From: an uncultured virus (IMG/VR IMGVR_UViG_3300020281_001556)
Lineage: Duplodnaviria; Heunggongvirae; Uroviricota; Caudoviricetes
Virus record (IMG/VR): IMGVR_UViG_3300020281_001556
Length of the DNA stretch: 64,000 bases
Strand: one strand, 5' to 3'
Shown here: positions 44,596-55,083 of the stretch, one piece after another
Numbering within the stretch: position 1 is the stretch's first letter
Layout: the number at the start of each line of letters is the position of its first letter
Made by a program: the position numbers and the translations under genes
The notes under the pieces: generated by a model
Database searches by the model: none
What the model was told of the DNA's origin: nothing
The model's input: only the letters and a program-made list of their open reading frames with translations

Positions 44596-45424
44596 GATAC
44601 TAGATCGCTTTGAAATGTTGTATCCCTTGAATAGCAAGGTAGCAGATTTACGTAGAGCCTGTATAGATAAAGACTTGCATAGTGTTTTTAGACTGATTGA
44701 CGATGATACAAAAGAAGATTTACGTAAGATTATTTTGGAAGATAATCAGTGGAGTCTTTGGAAAATTTTAGACAGTTATGTTGACACAAGATTTGTGCAA
44801 AGTCTGAAATCTTTTGTTGTAAACGATATTACCTGGGATGAAGACTGTTTTAGCCAAGGTCAAATAAAAAGCAAAATGTGGTTGCTAGAAAAATTAAAAA
44901 AGTTAAAGTTAGATCTTGGCACTGTGTTTTTATGTGCTGGATGGTACGGAACTTTGGCAACTATGCTGTTTGAAAGTAAAATAAAAGTTGATAAAATAAG
45001 AAGTTTTGATATTGATGAATCATGTGTGGAGGTAGCAGAAATATTTAACAAGCCATGGTTTGTTGACGAATGGAAATTTAAATCTATCACTGATGATATA
45101 ATGAACATTAACTATGATAAACATGTATGGCAATTTTGGTCAAATAAAAACAACAGAATGAGCCGTCCTATTACTGATATTCCTGATACAATTATTAACA
45201 CAAGTTGTGAACACATACATGATTTTGAATCATGGTATGATAAAATACCAAATGGAAAATTAATCATATTACAGGGCAACGATTATTTTGAATTAAACGA
45301 ACACGTTAACTGTAGTGCAGATCAAGACAGCTTTTCTGAAAAAGCACCAATGACTGATGTATTGTATTTGGGTACCATAGATTGTGACAAATACAAACGG
45401 TTTATGAAAATAGGATTAAAGTAG
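44582..45424 (+). CDS. Class I SAM-dependent methyltransferase-like protein
   Basis: VFLCAGWYG glycine loop, RSFDID acidic motif II, DTIINTSCEH. Confidence 0.6.
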   Translation: METHKILDRFEMLYPLNSKVADLRRACIDKDLHSVFRLIDDDTKEDLRKIILEDNQWSLWKILDSYVDTRFVQSLKSFVVNDITWDEDCFSQGQIKSKMWLLEKLKKLKLDLGTVFLCAGWYGTLATMLFESKIKVDKIRSFDIDESCVEVAEIFNKPWFVDEWKFKSITDDIMNINYDKHVWQFWSNKNNRMSRPITDIPDTIINTSCEHIHDFESWYDKIPNGKLIILQGNDYFELNEHVNCSADQDSFSEKAPMTDVLYLGTIDCDKYKRFMKIGLK

Positions 45425-45425
45425 C

Positions 45426-46493
45426 ATGTACAATTATCGAGATATACGAACTATACATTTAGAAGTTACACAAAATTGTCAAGCCGCTTGTCCTATGTGT
45501 GACAGAAACATGAATGGAGAAGGAGTCAATCCACATATTAATTTAGATGAATTATCATTAGATGATTGCATAAAAATATTTTCTCCTCAGTTTATTAAAC
45601 AATTAGACACTATGTATATGTGTGGAAATTTAGGTGACCCTATCGTTGCAAAAGATACATTGGACATTTTTAAATACTTTAGAGAGCATAATCCAGATAT
45701 GTGGTTAAGTATGAACACAAACGCAGGAGCAAGAGATGAAACATGGTGGGCAGAATTGGCTAAAACATATGGTCGTATGGGGTGTGTTATTTTTAGTGTG
45801 GATGGTCTCTCCGACACTAATCATCTTTATAGACAAGGTGTAAATTGGAAAAATGTAGAACGAAGTATGGATGCTTTTATAGAAGCAGGGGGTAGAGCTC
45901 GTTGGGATTACTTGATCTTCGAACACAACCAACATCAGGTAGAAGAAGCAAGAGAATTAAGTGTACAAAAAGGATTTGAAAAATTTATAGCAAAAAAAAC
46001 AGGTAGATTTATAACACAGGATAGTAAAAAGAAAGAATCGCATCAAGCAGTAAACCGCAAAGGTAAAGAAACAACCAAGTTGAAAAAACCAGATGCAAAA
46101 TATCAAAATAAAGCATTGAGTAAACAAGATAAAATTATTGAAAAATATGGATCAATGGATGCCTACTATGACGCGGCTCCTATTGTTTGTAAAGTTAAAA
46201 AAGAAAATAGTTTGTTTATCACAGCAGAAGGATTAGCATTACCTTGTTGTTGGACCGCAGGACGAATGTATAAATGGTGGCATAAAGATCCTAAGGTAGA
46301 ACAGATATGGGATTTTATACCCAACAAATCTGCACTCGATTCTCGCAACGGTCTTGATAAAGTTTTTGCTACAGGGATTTTTGAGGATATACAAAATAGT
46401 TGGTCAAAGCCTAGTTGTGCAGATGGTAAATTAAAAGTTTGTAGTATGAAGTGCGGTGCTGAATTCGATCCGTTTGCGGAGCAATTTAAATGA
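45426..46493 (+). CDS. Radical SAM protein 3, C-terminal SPASM/twitch domain
   Basis: CQAACPMC; CGNLGDP; FSVDG; C-terminal C..PCC..CSMKC. Confidence 0.92.
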   Translation: MYNYRDIRTIHLEVTQNCQAACPMCDRNMNGEGVNPHINLDELSLDDCIKIFSPQFIKQLDTMYMCGNLGDPIVAKDTLDIFKYFREHNPDMWLSMNTNAGARDETWWAELAKTYGRMGCVIFSVDGLSDTNHLYRQGVNWKNVERSMDAFIEAGGRARWDYLIFEHNQHQVEEARELSVQKGFEKFIAKKTGRFITQDSKKKESHQAVNRKGKETTKLKKPDAKYQNKALSKQDKIIEKYGSMDAYYDAAPIVCKVKKENSLFITAEGLALPCCWTAGRMYKWWHKDPKVEQIWDFIPNKSALDSRNGLDKVFATGIFEDIQNSWSKPSCADGKLKVCSMKCGAEFDPFAEQFK

Positions 46494-47740
46494 TAGAAAC
46501 AGAATTTTTAAGCAAATGTAACTTTTGTGCATTGCCTTTTATGCAAAACGATATAGAAGTTGACGGAAGTGCAAGACCATGTTGTAAAGCAAGGCCTTTA
46601 GTTGCCCCAGACGGTAAGGAACTTAATATAAAAAACTTTACATTAGATGAAATATGGAATCATCCTACGTATGTAGAATTTAGACAATCATTTTTGAATA
46701 ATGAAAAACATCCTGCATGTGAGAAATGTTGGGTTGAACCTATTAGAGAATTACAATATAGAGTAGAACAAAGTACAAGATCTCATATTGGTGCGTTAGA
46801 TGTTACAAGAGAATTTATGAAGACTGGAACAGTAACAAACCCTACTTTAAAATACTTAGAAATACGTCCAGGCAATGTTTGCAATTTTAAATGTAGAATA
46901 TGTTCGTATGAATACAGCAGTAGTTGGAGCAAAGATAGTTATTTGTTAGAAGATGTAGATATACCGTATAAAGATTCTAAACAATATAAACAAATTGCAA
47001 AATGTGAATGGTTCGATAGTGACGATATTTGGAATAATGTCAAGGGGTTAGAAGATATACAATTTATAAATTTTTTAGGAGGCGAACCTTTAATGGCATC
47101 TAAGCATATTAATCTTCTTGAAAAATTAGTGAATAGTTTAGATCCTCGTAAAGTAAAAATAGGATATAATACAAATGGAAGTAAACGTCCTACACAGCAT
47201 CATATAGATCTATTAAAGAAATTTAAAAATGTTCAATTCATTGTGAGTACAGATGATCTAGGTAAACGTATGGAATATCAACGTAAAGGTGCAGTATGGA
47301 CCGAACACGAATCTAATATAGATTTTTTAATTGCTCAAGGTTTTCATGTAGTAATAGATACAGCAATTAGTATTATGAATACATATTACTGCGATGAATT
47401 TTTTAATTTTTGCGATTCTAAAGGTTGGAATAGTCCACCGACACAAGCACATTGGGTTAGAAGCACAGGATTGGATCATAGAAGTTTAATGCCAGCAGAA
47501 AAACATTTTGTTAGAGAAAAATTAAAAAAAGGAACGCATCCTAAAACGAAAGATGTACTTGCTGATTTAGATAGTGCTGATTTATTTAACGCTACTCATT
47601 ATTATGGAAGATGGAAAAAAATAAAAAAACTTGACGGAATACGCAATGAAAAATTTGAAGATGTCTTTCCCGAACTTTCAGATATTATTATGTTAACAAG
47701 TCCAGACATAATAATGCAAAACCCTGAGGAATATAAGTAG
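46490..47740 (+). CDS. Radical SAM protein 4, N-terminal SPASM/twitch-like domain
   Basis: CNFKCRIC, GGEP; FCALPF..PCC..CEKC. Confidence 0.93.
   Translation: MIETEFLSKCNFCALPFMQNDIEVDGSARPCCKARPLVAPDGKELNIKNFTLDEIWNHPTYVEFRQSFLNNEKHPACEKCWVEPIRELQYRVEQSTRSHIGALDVTREFMKTGTVTNPTLKYLEIRPGNVCNFKCRICSYEYSSSWSKDSYLLEDVDIPYKDSKQYKQIAKCEWFDSDDIWNNVKGLEDIQFINFLGGEPLMASKHINLLEKLVNSLDPRKVKIGYNTNGSKRPTQHHIDLLKKFKNVQFIVSTDDLGKRMEYQRKGAVWTEHESNIDFLIAQGFHVVIDTAISIMNTYYCDEFFNFCDSKGWNSPPTQAHWVRSTGLDHRSLMPAEKHFVREKLKKGTHPKTKDVLADLDSADLFNATHYYGRWKKIKKLDGIRNEKFEDVFPELSDIIMLTSPDIIMQNPEEYK
47732..47739 (+). promoter_or_regulatory. Possible late promoter variant TATAAGTA inside the rSAM cluster
   Basis: 7/8 match to TATAAATA, 5 nt before ATG 47745 (same spacing as at gp25). 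Confidence 0.4.
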
Positions 47741-47744
47741 TAAT

Positions 47745-49145
47745 ATGAGTGATATTTCCCCTACATTTTGTGCTCTACCTTGGTTACATCTAAGCAGTAG
47801 ACCTGACGGTAAGATGAGAACGTGCTGTACATCAAATGCAAGTTCAGTACAAGATCCAGATTCAAATAAAAAAGTTGGAGGTGGCGAAGTTGGAGTTGTT
47901 AAAAATGACGATGGAGTTCCTGCTAATTTTAATCATACTAGTTTAACCGATGCTTGGAATAGTTCTTACATGCGAAACGTAAGAAAAATGATGTTGCGAG
48001 GAGAAAAACCTGCAAGTTGTCTTAAGTGCTACAAAGAAGAAGAAGCAGGACATTTAAGTAAACGTAATTGGGAGACAGAATACTGGGGTCATAGATACGA
48101 TTTAGATCAGCTCGTAGCTGAAACGGATGCTGATGGAAATATACCACCTAAGATAAGATACATTGATTTACGTATGGGAACAAAGTGTCAACTAGCTTGT
48201 GTCATGTGCAGTCCACATGATTCATCAGGTTGGATTAAAGATTGGCAAGCAATCAACCCCCAAATAGTAAATGAAAAATTAGCAAATACTAGTCAATGGG
48301 AAAACAAGGGTAGAAATCACGGAGCAAGTTATAACTGGCACAAGAACAATCCAAGATTTTTTAAGGAACTAATGGAACAGATTCCACACATGTATCAATT
48401 GTATTTCGCAGGTGGAGAAAGTTTAATTATAGATGAACATTATGACTTACTGGAAGAATGTATTAAAAAAGGACATGCAAAAAATATTGAATTAAGATAT
48501 AATTCTAATGCTGTTGAATGGCGTGACGATTTATTTGATCTTTGGGCAGAATTTAAGCGTGTAAGATTTCACTATAGCGTTGATGCATTAGGTGAACAAA
48601 ATGATTACATACGATATCCTAGTCAATGGAAGCATCAGGAAGATGTTTTTTGGCAACTAGATAATACTGCTCCTCAAGTTGAAGTTACGACAGCAACAAC
48701 TATAATGGCACTAAACATTGCATATATTCCTGAATTTATCCAATGGAAAGTAGATCAAGGATTTAAAAAATTAAACAAATGGCCATTAGGTGCAGGCGGT
48801 ATTAACATGCATTTTGCTTATTGGCCTCCACAGCTAAATGTAAAAGTGTTACCTAATCATATTAAAAAACATATCACTGAAAAATATGAAAAAGAGTTTT
48901 ATCCTTGGATTGATGAAAACTGGCAAAAATTTACTGGAGTAAAAGAAGCTGGAATATCTAAAGAACAGTTTTTAAATGCACCATACGGACTAAAACGTTA
49001 CAAAGGTATCATAAACTTTATGAACGCGGAAGATTGGAGTGCAAGGTTACCTGAAACCAAAGAATGGTTACAACTTATAAACAAACAAAGAAATTGGACT
49101 GAAAAGTTTAACAAAACATTTCCTATTTTAAAGGAGTTAGTATGA
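47745..49145 (+). CDS. Radical SAM protein 5, N-terminal SPASM/twitch-like domain
   Basis: CQLACVMC, AGGES; FCALPW..TCC..CLKC. Confidence 0.93.
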   Translation: MSDISPTFCALPWLHLSSRPDGKMRTCCTSNASSVQDPDSNKKVGGGEVGVVKNDDGVPANFNHTSLTDAWNSSYMRNVRKMMLRGEKPASCLKCYKEEEAGHLSKRNWETEYWGHRYDLDQLVAETDADGNIPPKIRYIDLRMGTKCQLACVMCSPHDSSGWIKDWQAINPQIVNEKLANTSQWENKGRNHGASYNWHKNNPRFFKELMEQIPHMYQLYFAGGESLIIDEHYDLLEECIKKGHAKNIELRYNSNAVEWRDDLFDLWAEFKRVRFHYSVDALGEQNDYIRYPSQWKHQEDVFWQLDNTAPQVEVTTATTIMALNIAYIPEFIQWKVDQGFKKLNKWPLGAGGINMHFAYWPPQLNVKVLPNHIKKHITEKYEKEFYPWIDENWQKFTGVKEAGISKEQFLNAPYGLKRYKGIINFMNAEDWSARLPETKEWLQLINKQRNWTEKFNKTFPILKELV

Positions 49146-49813
49146 CAACAGAAAATTGGCAAACAAGAAGATGTGCAAGAGATTTTACTGATGAAGAAGT
49201 AGACTTTAGATTGATACATGATATCATAAACATAATACCGGCTATACCAGCTCAAAATGGATATGTTGATCATTGGTGGGTAGTTTTTGGACCTAAAGAC
49301 TACAAATACAAACAATGGTTAGTTGAAAACATATACCATGCAGTTGAAAAAGTTAAAGAGAAAGAATATTTTACAGGACTTATGACAGCTCCATATCTAT
49401 TTCATAGTTTTAAGATTTATCCAACTATGTCAGTAGCAAATGAACCTGCAAGAAACAATGCCTTTCATGCTGGAGTAATTGTTTCACAAGCAGTCGATAA
49501 GGGATTAGATGCGGCTCCTATTGCATGTAGAGAAGGTTGGGAAGCTAGAGATGGTAAGTTGAAACAACAATATCAAAAAATGATCTGGCAAAGATTCAAA
49601 CCTGCTTTCTTAAAGATTTCGCACACTCACAAAAACGAAGTGTATAGATTTAATCCTGATACCATCAGATCTCCTATGATGAGTGTTGGTATAGGACATG
49701 GCAAACCAGTTTTATCACCGGGAGTAGTAAAGACATACAAAGACGGTATATCTATAATGGGTAAGCCACAAAAGGCAATGGAGAATGTTTCAATATGGAA
49801 CTTATACGAGTAG
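49142..49813 (+). CDS. Nitroreductase-fold flavoprotein (divergent)
   Basis: TRRCARDF FMN-binding-like start, IPAQNG, AVDKGL, SVGIGH. Confidence 0.6.
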   Translation: MTTENWQTRRCARDFTDEEVDFRLIHDIINIIPAIPAQNGYVDHWWVVFGPKDYKYKQWLVENIYHAVEKVKEKEYFTGLMTAPYLFHSFKIYPTMSVANEPARNNAFHAGVIVSQAVDKGLDAAPIACREGWEARDGKLKQQYQKMIWQRFKPAFLKISHTHKNEVYRFNPDTIRSPMMSVGIGHGKPVLSPGVVKTYKDGISIMGKPQKAMENVSIWNLYE

Positions 49814-50766
49814 AACATTCTGCAAAAAAATACAAAAAATGGGTCCGCATAGAATGGAACATGGGGAAACGCTGTAATTTTGATTGCAGTTATTGTGGTG
49901 CAGATTTACACGACAACACAAGCAAACACATGCCTTTAGAAAGTTTTGATTATACAATCAAAACATTGAGAAATTTTTATAAAGACAAACGTATTAGAAT
50001 GAGTTTGACAGGTGGAGAACCTTTTGTCCATCCTCAAATTTTAGAAATACTCTCTTTGTTCAGAAAATACGAAGTAGATGAAACCAGTATAATAAGCAAT
50101 GGCAGTCTGCCATTAGAAAAATACTTAAAGGCTTTAGAATATATTGACAATATTATTTTCAGTTGGCATTTCGAACATCTACGCATAGACCATATGAAAG
50201 AAGTTTTACTAGGCTTGAAGGATAAAGCAAAACACATCCATGTACATCTGATGTATTTGCCTGGCAGGTTAGATGAAGTGAAAGGTGTAGTTGCTTGGTT
50301 AGAAGATAATGACATACAATATGTGATGCGTAGAATACGTCCAATGACAAATAAATTAGGACAGTTCAATCCTCCAGGTGCAAGTGGTATGAAATTTGAT
50401 GGAGTGCAATGGGGCGGTGCTACAGGATATTACAGTGATAAAGAATTAGAATATCTAGACAGTTTCAATAAAGCAGGCACAAATAAAGAAAATTGTGAAC
50501 TATTTACTAAAGAAAAAAGTTGGCTAGATAATGTAAACACGCTTACAAAAAATAAATGGAATTCATTTAAAGGTTGGCAATGTATGGCTGGTTTAGAAAC
50601 TCTAATGATAGATAACGATGGAAGTGTTTATAGAGCAACATGTAAGCAGGGTGGAGTACTAGGAAACATCGAAACTGGCTTTCAGCTACAAGAAGATCCT
50701 ATACTATGTGCTAAACAGTGGTGTAACTGTGCCGCCGACCTAAACACTACAAAGTGGATAGCCTAA
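49795..50766 (+). CDS. Radical SAM protein 6, C-terminal SPASM/twitch domain
   Basis: CNFDCSYC, TGGEP; C-terminal CMAG..ATC..LGNI..CAKQWCNC. Confidence 0.93.
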   Translation: MELIRVEHSAKKYKKWVRIEWNMGKRCNFDCSYCGADLHDNTSKHMPLESFDYTIKTLRNFYKDKRIRMSLTGGEPFVHPQILEILSLFRKYEVDETSIISNGSLPLEKYLKALEYIDNIIFSWHFEHLRIDHMKEVLLGLKDKAKHIHVHLMYLPGRLDEVKGVVAWLEDNDIQYVMRRIRPMTNKLGQFNPPGASGMKFDGVQWGGATGYYSDKELEYLDSFNKAGTNKENCELFTKEKSWLDNVNTLTKNKWNSFKGWQCMAGLETLMIDNDGSVYRATCKQGGVLGNIETGFQLQEDPILCAKQWCNCAADLNTTKWIA

Positions 50767-51878
50767 TGGAAAAATTTTGCGATTCGCCTTGGAATCATAT
50801 GAACATTAATAATCTCGGTAGAATAAAACCTTGCTGTGTATACAGTAAGCCTAAGGAAGATCCGGGTGAAGTGGACATATTCAAATGGTATAAACATGCT
50901 TATAAGGATTTAAAAGCAGAAGGCATTAATCATCCTGGGTGTGTTGCATGTAAAAAAATGGAAGATTCCAATATTGTTAGTAGGAGGCAATACACAAATA
51001 AACCTGGAAAAGGAAACCAGATAGTTTATCTTGATATAAGTTTTGGAAACACATGTAACTTGAAATGTATGATGTGCGAAAGTAGAAACAGCACAAAATG
51101 GATTGCTGATGAAAAGTATCTTGTAGAAAACGGATTTGAACATCTTGAAAGAGGTATAGTGAAACAATACAACATGCCAGAAAGTAGGATAAAACAAATA
51201 GTAAACTATTGTAATAACTTTGAAGGAGAAGAGTTTCATTTAGAAGTTAAAGGTGGAGAACCTTTTGTTACAGATCAATTTTTAAATTTTTTAACAAGGC
51301 TTAATGATAATTTTTTAAAGAGATGTAATCTTTATGTATTTTCAAATGGTACTGGAATCGAAGCCAAATATTTTGAACAACTGAAAAAATTCAAAAGAAT
51401 TAGTTGTAATCTAAGCATAGAAGCTGTTGGTCCTTTATACAAATACATAAGAGGAGGTGCAGATCACAGTCATGAAGATGCAATAGAATTTATGAAAGAA
51501 TTTTCTAAGAACTGTCCTAACAGCAAAATTGGGGTAAGTGTTACAATTACAATGTATAACTTATTCAAACTAAAAGAACTTAAAGCAGAAATAGACAAAT
51601 TTATAAATTATAATCTGCCTGAAAAAGTATTCAGTAGTTTTTCATACTATCCTAAATATCTAAGTCCTGGCATTTTACCACAAACAGTTAAAGATGAATT
51701 GATTGCATACTACCATGAACCTTATTGGCAACCAGTACGTAATTATTTAAAAAACACAGAATCTGACCCTTACATGATGCGTATCTTCAAACAGTTTACC
51801 ACGCTTTTGGACAGAAAAAGAAACACAAGTCTTTATGCCTATGAACCGAAGTTTAAGGAGATACTTGATGCAGTCTAA
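50766..51878 (+). CDS. Radical SAM protein 7, N-terminal SPASM/twitch-like domain
   Basis: CNLKCMMC, GGEP; FCDSPW..PCC..CVAC; start at ATG 50766 (TAATG). Confidence 0.92.
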   Translation: MEKFCDSPWNHMNINNLGRIKPCCVYSKPKEDPGEVDIFKWYKHAYKDLKAEGINHPGCVACKKMEDSNIVSRRQYTNKPGKGNQIVYLDISFGNTCNLKCMMCESRNSTKWIADEKYLVENGFEHLERGIVKQYNMPESRIKQIVNYCNNFEGEEFHLEVKGGEPFVTDQFLNFLTRLNDNFLKRCNLYVFSNGTGIEAKYFEQLKKFKRISCNLSIEAVGPLYKYIRGGADHSHEDAIEFMKEFSKNCPNSKIGVSVTITMYNLFKLKELKAEIDKFINYNLPEKVFSSFSYYPKYLSPGILPQTVKDELIAYYHEPYWQPVRNYLKNTESDPYMMRIFKQFTTLLDRKRNTSLYAYEPKFKEILDAV

Positions 51879-53028
51879 TTTTTGTTTGTTACCTTTTACG
51901 CATCTTAGCACGAGAGTCGACGGCAATGTTGCTCCTTGTTGTAGAAGTTTAGATACGGTGGGAAATGTAAAGGATAATACATTGGAAGAAATATGGAACG
52001 GTCCTAACATGCAAAAATTACGAGAACAATTTATAAACAATGAAAGACCAGAAGGGTGTAGATTGTGCTGGGACATAGAAGATCGTGGTAATTTGAGTAT
52101 GCGCCAAACAAGAAATAAAACAGTTGAAAGTCCAAAAGCTATAAACAAAGTAATGCCATTCTCAATTCCTATCCTTGAATTAAAATTAAGTAATCTGTGT
52201 AACTTTAGATGCAGAACATGTAAACCAGATTTATCAACAACGTGGCTAAAAGATTGGGACACAGTCAAGGACGAGTATGACAAGATAGGAATGAAATATT
52301 CTACCGGTAGGCAGGAAAATTACAATACAGATGATTTGCTTGAAGAACTTACAAAATTAGGTCCTAGCTTTAGGATAATAGAATTTGCAGGTGGCGAACC
52401 ATTGATGGATCCTATGCACTATAAGGTGCTAGACGCACTACAACCCTTTGCTAATAATATACAAGTCAAGTATAGCACTAACTTGTCAAAGCTAACGTAT
52501 GGGCGTTATAATGCGTTACAGGCCTGGAAAAACTTTAAAGGTGTTGACATAAGTCTAAGTGTGGATGGCTATCCTCAATTAAATGAATATATTAGAACTG
52601 AAAGTAATAATGATATTTTAGAAGAAAATTTAAAAAATGTTAGGAAAGAACTTGGAAATAAATTTGACGGCAGGGCCGCACTTTGTTATAGTGCATGGAA
52701 CGTTTTAGGATTAACAGAAAGCTATGAATATTTTATTAACAAATTAGACATGCCTGTTCACGGAAATATAGCATGGTCACCAAGTTTTATAAGTCCTCAA
52801 GTACTACCTTTAGAACTAAAGGCAAAAGCAACAGACAAGTATAAACAGTATCTGTCAAAACAAGATGATAAAAGAGTGCATAGATTTGTTAACACGAATA
52901 TGCAATTTTTAAATGCAAAAGATGAAAGTCATCTTTTTGAACAGTTCATTAGATTTAGCACAAAGTTAGACGTCAGTAGAAAAACTAGTATATATGATGT
53001 CATTCCGGAGTTCAAAGATTATGTCTGA
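51868..53028 (+). CDS. Radical SAM protein 8, N-terminal SPASM/twitch-like domain
   Basis: CNFRCRTC, AGGEP; FCLLPF..PCC..CRLC; AAGGAG RBS before ATG 51868. Confidence 0.93.
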   Translation: MQSNFCLLPFTHLSTRVDGNVAPCCRSLDTVGNVKDNTLEEIWNGPNMQKLREQFINNERPEGCRLCWDIEDRGNLSMRQTRNKTVESPKAINKVMPFSIPILELKLSNLCNFRCRTCKPDLSTTWLKDWDTVKDEYDKIGMKYSTGRQENYNTDDLLEELTKLGPSFRIIEFAGGEPLMDPMHYKVLDALQPFANNIQVKYSTNLSKLTYGRYNALQAWKNFKGVDISLSVDGYPQLNEYIRTESNNDILEENLKNVRKELGNKFDGRAALCYSAWNVLGLTESYEYFINKLDMPVHGNIAWSPSFISPQVLPLELKAKATDKYKQYLSKQDDKRVHRFVNTNMQFLNAKDESHLFEQFIRFSTKLDVSRKTSIYDVIPEFKDYV

Positions 53029-54169
53029 TACTTTTTGCATACTACCTTGGATGCACCTAGCAACAAATGCCAGTGGCAATTTGCGAGTATGTTGCAACAG
53101 CACTCCTGGTAAAAATTTTATACTTAAAGAGGACAATACACCTTACAAATTACACAAAGACGATTTAGAAGAAGCATGGAATAGTCCTGTGTACAAAAAG
53201 ATTAGGGAGCAGATGTTGAATGGGGAACGTCCTGAAATGTGTACTAGATGTTTCCGAGAAGAAGATGCAGGATTAAAAAGTGCTAGGAATGCCTGGAACG
53301 ACAAATGGAAAAAAGATCAAGATTACAAGATAGAAAGCCCTTTTGATATTAGATATGTTGATTTGAGGTTGGGAAATCTATGTAATCTCAAATGTAGAAT
53401 GTGTAATCCTTACGCAAGTAATCAATGGGTAGAAGAATGGAATCTAGTCGAAGAGGCCTTATCAGAAAGCGAGTACAAAAGATTGTCTAAAATGGATTGG
53501 CCAGAAATAGAAAAAACTTGGGAAAATTTATTCAGTATAGCTGGCACTGTGGAAGAAATATACTTGACCGGCGGTGAGCCTACAATAATAAAAGAACAAC
53601 ATAGACTGTTAAATTATTTTATAGACAGAGATACAGCAAAAAATATTAGACTGAAATACAACACTAATCTTACTAATGTACCTAAACATTTACTTGATAA
53701 GTGGACTAAATTTAAAAAAGTTCAACTCAATTGTTCTATTGATGCTGTAGGAGAATTGGATCGGTACATAAGATATCCAAGCAATTGGAAAGCAATTGAA
53801 AAAAATTGGCATACGATTAGACAGTTACCTAACGCAAATATAGAAATACATTGCACTGTACAAATGTATAATATTTTAAAATTGCAAGAATTAATAGAAT
53901 GGGCTTTACCTTTCAACCACAAAATTTATTTTAATATTCTTAATCATCCTGATTATCTTAATATTAGATGTTTACCTAAAAATTTAAAAGAACAAGTTGA
54001 AAATAACCTAAAAAAATATTATGACTTACCAAGAGTCCAAGGAATAGTTGATTACATGTATAAAGAAGATTGGACAAATAAATTAGATAGCTTTTACACT
54101 TATACCGATGAACTAGACAAAAGTAGAAATCAAAATCTATATGAAATTGTTCCGGAGTTGAAAAGATGA
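53021..54169 (+). CDS. Radical SAM protein 9, N-terminal SPASM/twitch-like domain
   Basis: CNLKCRMC, TGGEP; FCILPW..VCC..CTRC. Confidence 0.93.
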   Translation: MSDTFCILPWMHLATNASGNLRVCCNSTPGKNFILKEDNTPYKLHKDDLEEAWNSPVYKKIREQMLNGERPEMCTRCFREEDAGLKSARNAWNDKWKKDQDYKIESPFDIRYVDLRLGNLCNLKCRMCNPYASNQWVEEWNLVEEALSESEYKRLSKMDWPEIEKTWENLFSIAGTVEEIYLTGGEPTIIKEQHRLLNYFIDRDTAKNIRLKYNTNLTNVPKHLLDKWTKFKKVQLNCSIDAVGELDRYIRYPSNWKAIEKNWHTIRQLPNANIEIHCTVQMYNILKLQELIEWALPFNHKIYFNILNHPDYLNIRCLPKNLKEQVENNLKKYYDLPRVQGIVDYMYKEDWTNKLDSFYTYTDELDKSRNQNLYEIVPELKR

Positions 54170-55083
54170 ATTTTTTTATGCTAGGAGGTTGTGAGATACA
54201 TGACACAATAAAATGGTTGAAACAAGGATGTCCTCAGCACAACTTTATAGAACAAGGAATGTCAACTCTTGGCAGTATATATTCTCCACAAGGAAAAATT
54301 GCGGAGCACACTTACAATTGGTATACAAAAAATAATTTAAAAAGCAATCCTATAGCAAGAGCAGTATATAAAGAAATAGTTTCAAAGCCTTGGTTAAAAG
54401 ATGTGAAAGAAAATGTATACGATAAAAAAGACAATTGGATTATCATAAGTTTTGCACTCGAGGGCGAAGCTAGGTATGAAGACGGCCAAGAACATGTTAC
54501 TTTAATAAAGGAACTTGTCAATAAGCCTAATAACAAAAAGTTCGAAAAAATAGTTCAACTTAAATATCCAACCTATTGTATAGACAAATTAAATGATCCT
54601 AATTTTACTATTGGTTGGGAAAATGAATTTGTAGGAAAAAGATATTTAAGGACAAAAGGAGGTGGCTGGATAGATAAATTAGGACAAGATATTCATGATC
54701 ATTTTGAAGATAGAGTTATTTTAATTTACACTCCGCCTGCACGTAAATGGTTCAACAGAAAATTTGGAGTGTATCATCAACTGCCGAAACATGGAGACTG
54801 GTTAAGTTGGAACACAGGATATTGGAAAAATAGAACAAAAGACTATTGGGAAGAGCATAGTTGGGAAAGGACTAACAGAAATTACCAAGGTTTATATAAA
54901 GGATTTCAACGTTACTATCCAAAGAAAACACATTGGATAAAAATGGAATGGGAAAATCTAGTAGGTGACGAACATCATAGATTTGGAAAAAGTCCTTTTC
55001 ATTATGATAATAAAAGCATTAAAAAAATAGGTAACGCAATACAAGGAAAAATAAATGAAATTGAAGCCGCCAAAAGTTCCTAA
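54166..55083 (+). CDS. Hypothetical protein, possibly SGNH-like (DUF6270-like)
   Basis: N-terminal LGGCEIHD and C-terminal HRFGKSPFHY; Trp-rich. Confidence 0.4.
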   Translation: MNFFMLGGCEIHDTIKWLKQGCPQHNFIEQGMSTLGSIYSPQGKIAEHTYNWYTKNNLKSNPIARAVYKEIVSKPWLKDVKENVYDKKDNWIIISFALEGEARYEDGQEHVTLIKELVNKPNNKKFEKIVQLKYPTYCIDKLNDPNFTIGWENEFVGKRYLRTKGGGWIDKLGQDIHDHFEDRVILIYTPPARKWFNRKFGVYHQLPKHGDWLSWNTGYWKNRTKDYWEEHSWERTNRNYQGLYKGFQRYYPKKTHWIKMEWENLVGDEHHRFGKSPFHYDNKSIKKIGNAIQGKINEIEAAKSS

